From the NCBI GenBank assembly GCA_964446835.1, contig CAYUQT010000007.1, positions 9,176 through 73,175 of the forward strand: a stretch of 64,000 nucleotides of DNA, written 5' to 3'. Shown here piece by piece: positions 45,658 through 56,090 of the stretch. The first letter of the stretch is position 1. The number at the start of each line of letters is the position of its first letter. Under the pieces are notes generated by a model. That model worked only from the letters and a program-made list of their open reading frames with translations. It was not told where the DNA came from and made no database searches. The position numbers were made by a program, and so were the translations under genes. This DNA is from an uncultured Planctomycetales bacterium (GTDB taxonomy: Bacteria > Planctomycetota > Phycisphaerae > UBA1845 > JAFGLZ01).

Positions 45658-47751
45658 ATGGGTATGAATCTGGTTCAGAAGATTATCTCGGCTCACCTGG
45701 TATCGGGAGAGGCCGTCGCCGGCCAGGAGGTGGGTCTTCGCATCGATCAGTGTCTGACGCAGGACGCCACGGGCACGACGGCGTTCTTGCTGTTCGAGTC
45801 GATGGGCCTGAAGCGCGTTCGCTGCGACCTGGCGGTCAGCTATGTCGATCACAACATGGCCGCCTTCGGCCCTGAGAACCACACCGACCACATGTACCTT
45901 CAGTCGGTGGCGCCGAAGGTTGGGGCGTATCACTCGCGGCCGGGCAATGGGATCTGCCACCAGCTCCACCTCGAACGGTTCGGCAAGCCCGGGGCGACGC
46001 TGCTGGGCAGCGACTCTCACACGCCGACGTGCGGAGGGGTGGGCATGCTGGCGATCGGTGCGGGCGGGTTGGACGTGGCCGTCGCGATGGGTGGTGGTCC
46101 GTTCTATACGCCGTGTCCGAAGGTCATCGGTGTGGAGCTGAAGGGCAAGCTGAAGCCGTGGGTGGCCAGCAAGGACATCATCCTGAAGCTGCTGAGCATT
46201 CTGACGACGAAGGGGAACGTCGGCTGCGCGGTGGAGTATATAGGCAGCGGGGTGCGATCGCTTCCGGTTCCGGCCCGTTCGACGTGTACGAACATGGGGG
46301 CCGAGTTGGGCGTGACGACGAGCATCTTCCCCTCGGACGAGACAACCCGGGCCTTCCTGGAGGCGCAGGGGAGGAGCGATCAGTGGCGGGAGCTGAAGCC
46401 CGACGCCGACGCCACCTACGACCGCATCACGCGGAAGCTGCACGCCGAGCGGGACGCCCAGACGATCGAGAACTGGAGGAAGCACGGCCGGCGGTTCAAG
46501 CAATCGGCTCCGGACGCCGAGGGCTTCGTCACCGTCAGCCTCGATCGGATCGTCATCAACCTGAGCGAGTTGGAGCCGATGATCGCCCTTCCGGGCAGTC
46601 CGGACAACGTCCGGACCGTGCGCGAGGTAGCGGGCAAGCCGGTTCACCAGGTGCTGATCGGTTCGTGTACGAACAGTTCGCTGGCGGACATGACGCTGTG
46701 CGCCAAGGTGCTGCGCGGCCGTCGGATCGCCTCTCACGTGGAGTTCGGGATCAACCCGGGTTCGCGCCAGGTGCTGACGATGCTGGCCGACAGCGGCAAC
46801 CTGAAGGGGTTTATCGACGCGGGCACGCGGCTTCTGGAGATCGGGTGCGGGTCGTGCATCGGGCAGGGACAGTCGCCGGCCGAGGGGGCGGTGAGCATCC
46901 GCACGTATAACCGGAATTTTGAGGGGCGCAGCGGCACCAAGAACGACCTGGTGTATCTGACTTCACCCGAGACGGCGATCATGTGCGCCCTGGCGGGCCG
47001 GATCGTCGATCCGAGGGACTATGCGGCGGAGCAGGGCATTGCCTATCCGAAGATCGCCCGGCCGAAACAGTTCCTGATCGACGACAGCATGATTCAGCCG
47101 CCACTGCCACCGGATCAGGCGGAGAAAGCCGAGGTGATCCGTGGGACGTCGATCGTGACGCCACCGGCCAGTGAGGCACCGCCGACCGATTTGAAGGCCC
47201 GCACGCTGGTCAAGCTGGGCGACAAGATCACGACGGACCATATCAGCCCCGCCGGCGGCTTCCTGAAGTTCCGCTCGAACGTACCCGAGTATGCCAAGGC
47301 CGTGTTCCACATTTTCAACCGGGAAGGCCAGCCGACCTTCGCACAGCAGGCCCTGGCGGCCAAGGCGGCGGGGCTGGCCGGCCTGATTGTCGCCGCGGAG
47401 AGCTACGGGCAGGGCAGCAGTCGCGAGCACGCGGCGCTGTGTCCGATGTATCTGGGAGTGCGGGCGGTACTGGCCAAGGGCATCGAGCGGATTCACAAGG
47501 CCAATCTGGTGAACTTCGGCATCGTCCCTCTGATCTTCGCCGATCCGAAGGACTATGACCGGCTGGCCGTCAATGACGAAGTCGAGGTGCCCGGATTCCG
47601 TGCGGCCATCGAGCGAGGGGATTCGACCCTCGTCGCCAAGGTGGTCGGGCGGGACGTCAGCATCACGTGCCGGATCGAGCTTTCCGAGCGCCAGCGGCGG
47701 ATTCTGGCAGGCGGCGGCCTGTTGACGGCCACGCGCGACGGCAAGCTGTAG
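45658..47751 (+). CDS. aconitase-family hydratase (aconitate hydratase / homoaconitase-like, fused catalytic + swivel domains)
   Basis: Fe-S cluster ligands in SDSHT, CTNMG and GSCTNSS...CGSCIGQGQ, followed by a swivel domain (SRNFEGR). Confidence 0.8.
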   Translation: MGMNLVQKIISAHLVSGEAVAGQEVGLRIDQCLTQDATGTTAFLLFESMGLKRVRCDLAVSYVDHNMAAFGPENHTDHMYLQSVAPKVGAYHSRPGNGICHQLHLERFGKPGATLLGSDSHTPTCGGVGMLAIGAGGLDVAVAMGGGPFYTPCPKVIGVELKGKLKPWVASKDIILKLLSILTTKGNVGCAVEYIGSGVRSLPVPARSTCTNMGAELGVTTSIFPSDETTRAFLEAQGRSDQWRELKPDADATYDRITRKLHAERDAQTIENWRKHGRRFKQSAPDAEGFVTVSLDRIVINLSELEPMIALPGSPDNVRTVREVAGKPVHQVLIGSCTNSSLADMTLCAKVLRGRRIASHVEFGINPGSRQVLTMLADSGNLKGFIDAGTRLLEIGCGSCIGQGQSPAEGAVSIRTYNRNFEGRSGTKNDLVYLTSPETAIMCALAGRIVDPRDYAAEQGIAYPKIARPKQFLIDDSMIQPPLPPDQAEKAEVIRGTSIVTPPASEAPPTDLKARTLVKLGDKITTDHISPAGGFLKFRSNVPEYAKAVFHIFNREGQPTFAQQALAAKAAGLAGLIVAAESYGQGSSREHAALCPMYLGVRAVLAKGIERIHKANLVNFGIVPLIFADPKDYDRLAVNDEVEVPGFRAAIERGDSTLVAKVVGRDVSITCRIELSERQRRILAGGGLLTATRDGKL

Positions 47752-47800
47752 TGCGTCGAGGCCGCCTTTCCGGTGTCTTCGGGAGATGCACGGGGCTCAG

Positions 47801-48736
47801 CTACACCAGGCGCACGTGAGCGCGTTTGAGGTCGGGCACCTGAAGCAGGACCTCCTGGACCTGGAGCCACCCGGTCGGGATACCGGCATCGTATGCCTGT
47901 CCGTCGATGAGGAGGGCCAGGTGGCGTCCGCCGGCGGCCCGCAGGCTCTCCTGGGCGGCCGTCAGTTGGATCTCACCGCGCTGGCGGGTGTTTTGTCGAA
48001 CCATTTCATCGAGCCGCTGCATGATGTCGGCGGAGAAGACATAGTTGCCGAAGTGGGCCAGCCATCGCTCGGGCGGCAGGCCGGGGGTGATCATGTCGCG
48101 CCGGGCCTGTTCCAGCGAGGGCTTCTCGACGATCAGTTGCGACTCAAACAGCCCCGGTGCCCCCGCAATGGGATCGCCGCGCATCACACCGACTCGCGAC
48201 AGGGTCTCGGCATCGCAGGCGAACATGCCGGAGATCGCGGCGGGGCGATGGCAATGGAAGGCCTCTACGACCTGCCAGGCACAAGAATGTTCCTGATGTG
48301 AGACGAAGAGGTAGTCGCCGAGCATGACCAGGAAGGGTTCGTCGCCGACCCAATCGCGTGCGCACCAGACGGCATGCCCGAAGCCCTCGGGCGACGCCTG
48401 CTCGATGTAGGTGATCTGCCGCCCCCACCGTTCGAGCTGATCGCTGACGGCCAGGAGTTCGGGCCGGCCTGCCACGGCCGCCAGCAGTTCGGGGGTTAAT
48501 GCCTTGAAGTACTTTCTCAGGGAATCCGCCTGTCCTGGAGAGACGACGAAGGCCACCTCTTCGATGCCGGCGGAGGATGCTTCCTGGAGCAGGAAGTCGG
48601 CGATGGGCTTCGGCAGCCCGTCACGATCCATGAGGGGCATCAGGGCCTTGGGAATGACCACGGTGGCCGGAAGTTGTCGGGTGCCGCGCCCGGCTACGGG
48701 AATGACGGCTTTGCGGACTCTCCGGTGGGTGCTCAT
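47801..48736 (-). CDS. galU: UTP--glucose-1-phosphate uridylyltransferase
   Basis: Nucleotidyltransferase motif KAVIPVAGRGTRQLPATVVIPKALMP. Confidence 0.8.
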   Translation of the reverse strand: MSTHRRVRKAVIPVAGRGTRQLPATVVIPKALMPLMDRDGLPKPIADFLLQEASSAGIEEVAFVVSPGQADSLRKYFKALTPELLAAVAGRPELLAVSDQLERWGRQITYIEQASPEGFGHAVWCARDWVGDEPFLVMLGDYLFVSHQEHSCAWQVVEAFHCHRPAAISGMFACDAETLSRVGVMRGDPIAGAPGLFESQLIVEKPSLEQARRDMITPGLPPERWLAHFGNYVFSADIMQRLDEMVRQNTRQRGEIQLTAAQESLRAAGGRHLALLIDGQAYDAGIPTGWLQVQEVLLQVPDLKRAHVRLV

Positions 48737-48839
48737 ATCCTCGATCCGTTCCTTTCGATTCCCGCACGTCGGGTGGTGTTTTCCTGACTTTCCGATGCAC
48801 TGCGTCTCCGCGAGCCGTCGCCAGGGAAAGGTGATGAGA

Positions 48840-51296
48840 TCACGGTGCGATTCGGATCTCCACCGGCCCGAACAGGCCCGACGGGCGGCGATGTTTGGCA
48901 TCGTACCGAGCGGCCAGCGAGTTTGTCACCTCGACCACGAGTTCATTCTCGCCTTGGCGCAGGATCGTCGCGACGTTCCAGGCGTAGGGAGCCCAGAATC
49001 TCGGCCCCAGGTTCTGCCCGTTGAGTCGCACAACCGCCCAGTCGCCCACCTTGCCCAGATCCAACGTGCAGCGTCCGGCAATCGGACCATCGACATGAAA
49101 CCGCGTCTGGTATCGCAGGGTGCCGGCGTAGGAAGCGGTGGGCTTCAATTCCAGCCAGTTGCCCAGCTTCTCGCCCACCCGCTGCCCCTCGGCGTTCAGC
49201 ATTTCCCAGGGGCCCGGCACCGAAACACCCTTCGGCGATGCCGGTGGCGCCGGCGGCGGTTCAACGGGGCGCGGCGGACCCGGCTCTACACACAGAACGA
49301 TGCTCTCTCGGCGCCCCAGGTCCAACGGAAGGGACATGCTGTTGGGCCCCACATGCGTCACCGCGGCCGGGCTGAATCGCCCGGACCACGCGTCGAACCA
49401 GTCGGAGCGGCCGACGGATCGGCAGGTGACGGTGGTGCGAACGGGTGCCGCACCTTCGTTGACGAGCAGATAGAACTCGACGCCGTCGCGTCGGACGTGT
49501 GTCACCCGCAGGTCGATCGACGGCGGATCGAGGCGGACGTCACGATCGAGGCCTTCGACCCATTCGGCCGAGGGCGTTGCCCGACAGGTGCGCACCCGGC
49601 CGCCAGCGGCGGCAAACGCCTTCGTGCGATCGGCCGTCGCCCCGGTGAGCGGCTCGTCCTGATCGATCACGAGCATCGAATAGGACATCGGGCCGACGTG
49701 GATCCGCCCATCGGCGATGCGGGCCTGTTCGCACAGTCGCCAATCTTCGAGGTAGTTGAAGTCGACCTGGTTCTGGTAGAGCCACTTGGCGGCCCGCCAC
49801 GGGAGGCGATTTCCAACCGACAGCACCGCCACCTCGCAGACTTGGCGGCTGTCGGTCATCAGCCCACACAGACGGGTGGTGTAGTCGGCGAACAGCCGGT
49901 AGTGCGGCCACCAGGCGTTGTGCATGCCCAGGTCGGGCGGGCGTTCGTAGGCGCGTTCACCGCGGATCGTATAGTAGAAGGCGTGGGGGTAGAACATGTT
50001 GACGCCTCGGACGATCAGCCAGTCGGCCAGCCACTTCATTTCATCCATCGTCAGATGCCAGCCGTAGGCCCCATAGATTTCGTTGGCGTTTCGGCGGCGA
50101 TCGTCATGACGGGCGACGCTGCTGGAGCACTTGCCCACGGTACTGTGGGCGCCCTCCAACGCCGACGGGGACTCGGGCAGAAGCCATCGCCAGACCATGT
50201 CCTGGCCGGGGATCTGAAACAGACGGAGCGGGCGGATTTCGTCACTGCCCGAGGGATGCCCCGTCAGGGCGATGCCGTGTTCCTGACACCAGCGTGAGAT
50301 GGGCTGGTAGTAGGACTCGTCCAATCGCTGTGCCAGCGTGAGATGAAAGTCGTCGCGAACCTTCTGCGTGGCATTGCCGGCGGGATAGAACAGCGCCGGC
50401 AGGAGAGGTTCCAGACGATAGCCGCGGCGGCGTGCGAAGTCATCGGCCAGCCCGTCGGTCCACGGCACCAGTCCGCCGCGTCCGCCCCGACCCAGGAGGC
50501 CGGGTTCATCCGTGAACATCGCGATGACCGTCTTGCCGAAATGGTCTTTCAGCACGCGGTGATAGGGATCGTAGGCGAACCGGATGAAGGCCTTCATTGC
50601 CTCGAAGTTCAGCAGATCGGCCGAGGGCGGGGCACCGGGCTGGCCATCTTCCTCGCCGACATGAACGCCGCGGATATGCCCGCCGGATTTGACGCAGGCA
50701 AACGTCATGAGGCGCCAGCGGCCTTCGGGCACGGCGATGGTGCCCTCGGGCTTTTCGATCCAGCGCGGCTCCGAGAGATCGAGCGTGCCCTTGTCGTCGA
50801 TGCGACGGGCCAGCACGACCGCGACCTGCCGGCCGCCCCCCACACGGGGAGCCTCAGCCTGAGCCGGGCCGGACACGTCTTTATGAGCGACCGCCAATCC
50901 CTTCGTGGCGAATTCGGGGTTCGATCCGACGACCTTGCCATGAGCCGATCCTGAAGGGTACATCCCCTCGTCGTAGAGGACGACTTTCATTCCGGTTTTC
51001 GATGCCTCGTCGACCGCGAATCGCACGTGGCCCAGCCATCGTTCGCCCATGTACTCGATATCGCGGGGCAGTCCCATGCGGGCATGGATGATGAAACCGT
51101 AGACGCCGTGCGAACGAAACTCGGCGAGTTGATGGCGGGTCTGGTCGTCGGTGATCTGGTCGTTCCAGAACCAGAAGGGGATCTGCGCGTACTCCGGATC
51201 GGGGCGAGCCAGACGCGTCTGCCACGCCTTGTCGGCGGACCCCGCGAGCAGCGGACAGGTCAGAAACAGTGTCCATGCAATCGAAGAAGCTCTCAT
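48840..51296 (-). CDS. secreted glycoside hydrolase (TIM-barrel catalytic domain with C-terminal galactose-binding-like domain)
   Basis: Signal peptide (MRASSIAWTLFLTCPLLAGSA). 818-aa multi-domain protein with glycosidase-like motifs; the GH family is not assignable by eye. Confidence 0.55.
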   Translation of the reverse strand: MRASSIAWTLFLTCPLLAGSADKAWQTRLARPDPEYAQIPFWFWNDQITDDQTRHQLAEFRSHGVYGFIIHARMGLPRDIEYMGERWLGHVRFAVDEASKTGMKVVLYDEGMYPSGSAHGKVVGSNPEFATKGLAVAHKDVSGPAQAEAPRVGGGRQVAVVLARRIDDKGTLDLSEPRWIEKPEGTIAVPEGRWRLMTFACVKSGGHIRGVHVGEEDGQPGAPPSADLLNFEAMKAFIRFAYDPYHRVLKDHFGKTVIAMFTDEPGLLGRGGRGGLVPWTDGLADDFARRRGYRLEPLLPALFYPAGNATQKVRDDFHLTLAQRLDESYYQPISRWCQEHGIALTGHPSGSDEIRPLRLFQIPGQDMVWRWLLPESPSALEGAHSTVGKCSSSVARHDDRRRNANEIYGAYGWHLTMDEMKWLADWLIVRGVNMFYPHAFYYTIRGERAYERPPDLGMHNAWWPHYRLFADYTTRLCGLMTDSRQVCEVAVLSVGNRLPWRAAKWLYQNQVDFNYLEDWRLCEQARIADGRIHVGPMSYSMLVIDQDEPLTGATADRTKAFAAAGGRVRTCRATPSAEWVEGLDRDVRLDPPSIDLRVTHVRRDGVEFYLLVNEGAAPVRTTVTCRSVGRSDWFDAWSGRFSPAAVTHVGPNSMSLPLDLGRRESIVLCVEPGPPRPVEPPPAPPASPKGVSVPGPWEMLNAEGQRVGEKLGNWLELKPTASYAGTLRYQTRFHVDGPIAGRCTLDLGKVGDWAVVRLNGQNLGPRFWAPYAWNVATILRQGENELVVEVTNSLAARYDAKHRRPSGLFGPVEIRIAP

Positions 51297-51572
51297 ACGG
51301 TATGACACAGACCTCTCCTTCGTGAGCGACCTCGTGGGTACGGGAAGCGTGCGAAGGGGCTGCCGGCGCCAGGGCCCGGCGAGCCGCACCATGTTGCCCG
51401 CCCTCCTCCGGGAGTTTCGATCATCGTAAAGGATGCTGCAGACTGCAATACCCTCTGGGGAGCCTTGTCCCCGAGAGGCAAATCGGAGAACACCCTCGCA
51501 CGGTTCCGAGGGTTCGTGGAGGGTACCCGGTCTTCGGGTGCGAGCCGGCGTTTGTTCGCCGATCGTTCGAGC

Positions 51573-54500
51573 TCACTGCGCTCGAGTTCTGCGCGGGACC
51601 GGCGGCCGGCCACCTGCCACAAGCCACGACACCGACCAGATCGTCATGAAGGTCCCGCCCGCCGCCGCCAGGGCCCAGAGGACCAACTGGTTCTGGTTCG
51701 CCAGTCCTGAGGACACGATTGCACCGGGATAGTCTGCCGTGTCGGTTGACGGGGGTGCCGAGGCGATCGCCAGTCGTTTGCGGCAATCGGTGATCTGTTT
51801 ATCGATGTCGGCCAGGGCGCGATCGGCCGCCTTGTCGCGTTCGGCCGCCTCGCCGTATGCCGCCTGGCGACGTTCCCAGGCCGCCTGTCCGAGTTGCTCG
51901 GTCAGAAGCTGGTCATCCCGCTTGAGGAGTTCCTCGATGGCCTGATCTCTCGCGGCGACCGCCTCGTTGGCCTGGCGTCTCAGGTCGGCCAACTGTTTCT
52001 CACGGCGTTCGATCACCTGATCGCCGGCCTGCCGTTCGAGCCCCTGGGTGATTTCCTTCTGTCGGAATGAGATGCGGCTGCGCAACTGCGTGACCTGTTT
52101 CAGGCAGGCTTCCAGTCGTTCGCTGCTCATCGGGATGATTTCGGCGCCGGCGTTGGCGAAATCGCGACGGGCGGTGGTCATCTCTTCGGCCTGTTTCTTC
52201 AGGGCATCCTGGAGCACGATCCGCCGTGTCATATCGTCGCCGCCCGATTGTGCGATCGCCTTGATCTGGGCATTGATCGACACGATCGGCCGACCGAGTT
52301 GATCGAGTAGATCCGAGAGGTTCTTTTCGGCCTGTTGCTGTTCGGTGACCAGGTTGATCGGCTCGGCGGCGTTGGGTTGCCCGCGAAGCTTGTTCAACTG
52401 GGCCTCCCACGACCGGGCGGCCTCGACGAGGGCTTTCCGGCAGGTGGCCAGTTCGGATCGGATCTGATTGAGTGCCGTCTGGACATCTTCGGCCGAGCCG
52501 TTGCCCAGGCGCGAGGCGACCTCTCGATCGAACGCATCCACCTTTTCGGCCAAGGTGCCCAGCGGCCCGCGACCGACCTCGAGCCCATCGACGAGGAACC
52601 CGCGAAGCTGCTGCTCGCGGAGTCGGAGTTGTTCGGTGTCCTGCTGAAGCTGGGTATCGGCAGCCGTTGCGGTCCGGAGGGCCTCGGCATCGACTTCCAC
52701 GCTCGGACGGCTCGATGAGAACTGGGCGAACTTCTGCTCGGCCGCCGCGCATTGCTGCCGCAAGGTCTGCCAGTTGGCGAGGATCTCCGAGCGCTGCCGG
52801 ATGAGCTGATCGATCGGCTGAGCCGAGGGCTGTGACTGTGCGGCCGTCTTCAGTTCGGCCACTTCGGCGGCGCTGCGCTTCTTGGCCTGTTCTCTGCGGG
52901 CCTTCTCGGCCATCAGGTCTTTGATCTCTCCCGACGACGTTGGCGTCACGGAGCGGTTATTGATGTGGTCTTTGAGGGCCTTGCCCAATGCGTCGATGAT
53001 CGCCTGGGTGCGCTTGGGGGCGGAGGTGATCGCCCGAATTCGAATCTGCACCTCTTCGGGGATGGCTCTGATCTCGATGTCGGAGCCGGGTCCGAGCATG
53101 GCGCCGAGGTCATCGGCCGAGAGGTCGAGGTCCAGTGACGAGGCGGCTGCGGTGATCACGGTGGGGGATCTCAAGGCCTCGACATAGCGAGCCAAAGCCT
53201 GAGCGGGAGCCTCCTCCGTGGTTACGTGGAGGAAGCCCTGAACCTCATGGCGGATACCGATGGCCCACACGGCGATCAGGGCTGCGGCCCCGGCCAGAAT
53301 CCCGGAGGCCGTCAGGGCCCGGCGAAGGTTGAACCCCCCTGTCTCGATAATCAGGGGCTGTCCGCCGAGTCCCTGTTGTGCCTGCGCCGCGAGTTCTTCG
53401 AGCGATTCGACCTCTTCGGCAAGCCGTTGCTCCCGTCCGGTCAGGTCGGCCGCCTGCCGGGCGAGTTCTTCTCGCCGCTGGTCGAGGACCTGGCGTTCTT
53501 CGGCCACCTGGTGCGTGACGTCCTGGCGCTCCTGTTCGAGGAGGCGGCGTTCGTTCTGAAGGCGCGACATCTCCTGTGCCAGGCGCTTCTGCTCGTCAAC
53601 AACGCTGCGCTGGGCCTCGGTGAGCCCCGATTCGGTCGACACGGCCTTGGCAAGCCGCTGTTCGAATTCCTGCCGGGCGGCGTTCAGTTCTTCGTACTGC
53701 TTTCGGACCTTGGCCTCGGCCGCCTGGCACTGCGTTTCGACCTGGCGGCGGGTTTGCGTGAGTTTGTCCTCCTCGGACGTCATGGCCTTCCGCTGCTGCT
53801 CGATCCGGTCGGCCTGCTCGCGAAGCTCCTGGAGCCCGGGCTCCAGAGACCCCTGCAGGGCCTCCAGCTCGGCGGATCGCATGTCGAGTTCCGCCGTCCG
53901 CTCGTCGAGCCGGCGTCGCAGTGCCTCCAGCTCGCCGCGGGTGGCGGATGCCTCTTCACGATGAGCGGCGATTTCGGACTGCTGTCGCGAGACCTCCGCC
54001 GCTTTCTTCGCAAGGTCCTCTTCATGGCGCGTCAGTTCATCCAACTGGCGTTCCAGCTCGCGTTCATTCTCCAGTCGAGCGGCCTCGGCCTCACCGGCCT
54101 GCCGTCGGAAGGTCTCTTGTTCCGCCCGAAGCCCGCTCTCCAACTCTGCCAGTTCCCGCTCGCGGGTTTCCAGCGCATCTTCCCGCTGAGTCAGCGAGGT
54201 TTCACGAGACTGAAGGCTGCTTCGCTGGGCCTCGATCAGTTCGCGTTGCCGGCTCAGCTCGGCCTCAACACGATCCAGATGCTGCTCGCGGGCCGCCAGT
54301 TCGTCGGAACGGACATCGAAGGTCGCCTGCATTTTCAGAATGCGATCTCGCTCTTCGGCAAAGTCGGCATCCTTGCGAGCCAGTTCGGCCTCCTGACGGT
54401 CGCACTCGGAGCGAATCTCGGCCACCCGCCGTTCGTCGGCCTCCAACTGGATGCGGCGTTCGTCGATATCCTGTTGTTCGGTGTCCATTTCGGCGCGGCG

Positions 54501-55655
54501 CCGGGCCTGTTCGTGTGCGGCCTCGTGCTCCGACTCTTCGAGGGCCGACTGCCGGGCCTCCACCTCTCGCTGACGGATGGACAGCTGCTGCCCACGCTCG
54601 GTGACCTGGGTGAGTTGTGTTTCGAGCTGTTCCAGCTTCCTGCGAAGATCGGCGCGGTGTTCTTCGCTCTCGAGTTCGATCCGCTCGCGGGTTTCATTGA
54701 CCCTGGCGATTTCCGCTTCGAGCTGGGCCTGGCGTTCCGAGAGGCTCTCGCGCTGCGCGGTCAGAGCGGCTCTCTGTTTCTCGATGCTCTCGGCGCGGTC
54801 GGTCAACGCCGCCTGTTCGGCCGTCAGGCTGCCCCGCTGTTCATCAAGCTGTTCTCGCTGGGCGGCCAGGTGATCTCTCTCGCTCTGAAGGGAAAGCTGT
54901 TCCCGTTCGAGGTCTTCCCTACGGCGGTTCAACTCGGATACGGCCACCTCGATGCCGGTCTGGTCCTGGGAGAGTTGCGCCGCCCTGGCACTGGTCTGCT
55001 GTTCCTGGCGCAACAGCTCCGCCCGGTATTTTTCCAGTTCGTCCCGCTCGGTCTGCTGCGTGGCGGTGCGACGGTCGAGGTCGGTTCGGCCCTCTTCGAC
55101 GCGGCGCTGCAGCTCGGCGAGATCAGCCCTCTCCTGCCGGAGTTGATCTCGCAGGCCTTGGACCTGCTGGCGCTCGGCGTCCAGTTCCGCCTGTTGCTGT
55201 CGATAGAACTCCGCCAGCTTGTCCACCTGTGTGGAGGTCTGTTTTGCTTCAAAGGACTCGTTGAGGCGTTGAACCTCGGAGCGGGTTTCGGCCAGCCGCT
55301 GCCGGGCCTCGTGGGTCTGGCGGCGCTGATCCTCGATGGCGGCCTCTCGTTGATCGATATCGAGCTGAAGGGCATCAAGCTGTGCTTCACGGGTGGCCAG
55401 TTTCGCGCGTGTCTCTTCGAGTTCGCGCCGCTGGGCGTCCAGCCTGGCCTGCAACTGAGTCAGACGCGCCTCCAGATCGGCGGTGTCTCGTTCGCCCGCA
55501 TCGCCGTTGGATATCCGCCGGGCGACCGTCTCGTCCTCGATGCGAGGGCGGTCGCTTGCAGACAGAGAGGGCGTGCTACCTTCTTTGATGAGTTCGTCTG
55601 CCGAGTTGGTCTTGCTGTTCTGACCGTTGGCCTGTTTGCCTCTGCCCAGTCTCAT
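51573..55655 (-). CDS. giant coiled-coil membrane protein with Wzz/GumC (polysaccharide co-polymerase)-like TM-periplasmic coiled-coil-TM C-terminal module
   Basis: 1360 aa. Residues 1-790 are a nearly continuous heptad-repeat Glu/Arg/Gln/Ala-rich coiled coil. TM1 is at about 795-815. A roughly 480-aa second helical domain follows, TM2 is at about 1325-1347, and the tail is a short basic PVPRRTRAQ. Confidence 0.6.
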   Translation of the reverse strand: MRLGRGKQANGQNSKTNSADELIKEGSTPSLSASDRPRIEDETVARRISNGDAGERDTADLEARLTQLQARLDAQRRELEETRAKLATREAQLDALQLDIDQREAAIEDQRRQTHEARQRLAETRSEVQRLNESFEAKQTSTQVDKLAEFYRQQQAELDAERQQVQGLRDQLRQERADLAELQRRVEEGRTDLDRRTATQQTERDELEKYRAELLRQEQQTSARAAQLSQDQTGIEVAVSELNRRREDLEREQLSLQSERDHLAAQREQLDEQRGSLTAEQAALTDRAESIEKQRAALTAQRESLSERQAQLEAEIARVNETRERIELESEEHRADLRRKLEQLETQLTQVTERGQQLSIRQREVEARQSALEESEHEAAHEQARRRAEMDTEQQDIDERRIQLEADERRVAEIRSECDRQEAELARKDADFAEERDRILKMQATFDVRSDELAAREQHLDRVEAELSRQRELIEAQRSSLQSRETSLTQREDALETRERELAELESGLRAEQETFRRQAGEAEAARLENERELERQLDELTRHEEDLAKKAAEVSRQQSEIAAHREEASATRGELEALRRRLDERTAELDMRSAELEALQGSLEPGLQELREQADRIEQQRKAMTSEEDKLTQTRRQVETQCQAAEAKVRKQYEELNAARQEFEQRLAKAVSTESGLTEAQRSVVDEQKRLAQEMSRLQNERRLLEQERQDVTHQVAEERQVLDQRREELARQAADLTGREQRLAEEVESLEELAAQAQQGLGGQPLIIETGGFNLRRALTASGILAGAAALIAVWAIGIRHEVQGFLHVTTEEAPAQALARYVEALRSPTVITAAASSLDLDLSADDLGAMLGPGSDIEIRAIPEEVQIRIRAITSAPKRTQAIIDALGKALKDHINNRSVTPTSSGEIKDLMAEKARREQAKKRSAAEVAELKTAAQSQPSAQPIDQLIRQRSEILANWQTLRQQCAAAEQKFAQFSSSRPSVEVDAEALRTATAADTQLQQDTEQLRLREQQLRGFLVDGLEVGRGPLGTLAEKVDAFDREVASRLGNGSAEDVQTALNQIRSELATCRKALVEAARSWEAQLNKLRGQPNAAEPINLVTEQQQAEKNLSDLLDQLGRPIVSINAQIKAIAQSGGDDMTRRIVLQDALKKQAEEMTTARRDFANAGAEIIPMSSERLEACLKQVTQLRSRISFRQKEITQGLERQAGDQVIERREKQLADLRRQANEAVAARDQAIEELLKRDDQLLTEQLGQAAWERRQAAYGEAAERDKAADRALADIDKQITDCRKRLAIASAPPSTDTADYPGAIVSSGLANQNQLVLWALAAAGGTFMTIWSVSWLVAGGRPPVPRRTRAQ

Positions 55656-56090
55656 CGATCACCACCTTCGTCTGATCGCCCCAAGCGATTGCGCGAACAC
55701 GTCGGACACCTCGGCGACTCTCCGGCGAGGCCGTCCGCCCTCATCCGCAGGAATCTCGCATTGCGCTATGAGCCACTGACATCCGACCTGGAAGACGATG
55801 TCGGGCACTTCCTTTGCGCCGAACATCGCGTCTTGCTCTCACCCGGCGGTGGTACGATAGGCCGTATATAACCCCGTGGATTCATTCTACCTATCGGATC
55901 GTTCGAGGCCAATAGGGTTGCGGAACATTGCCTCCCGGGCAGGATGCCCTGGAGGGTTTGCGGCTTGCGAGTGGGCCAGGTGACGGGCTGTCGATTCAGC
56001 CGAGCCGGAGCGTCCTGGCCTCCGGTTTCCGGAGCAAGGACGCCCGGGCCCGGAAGGACAGAGACTCATCAATTGATGTTTGGCAGAGCA

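Noticed and set aside
53226-55871. 881-aa ORF on the plus strand, opposite the giant coiled-coil gene
   Set aside because: Leu/Gly/Phe-rich low-complexity mirror of the coiled-coil codons (the GAG/CTC periodicity). No start context. The minus-strand protein has coherent TM and coiled-coil architecture.
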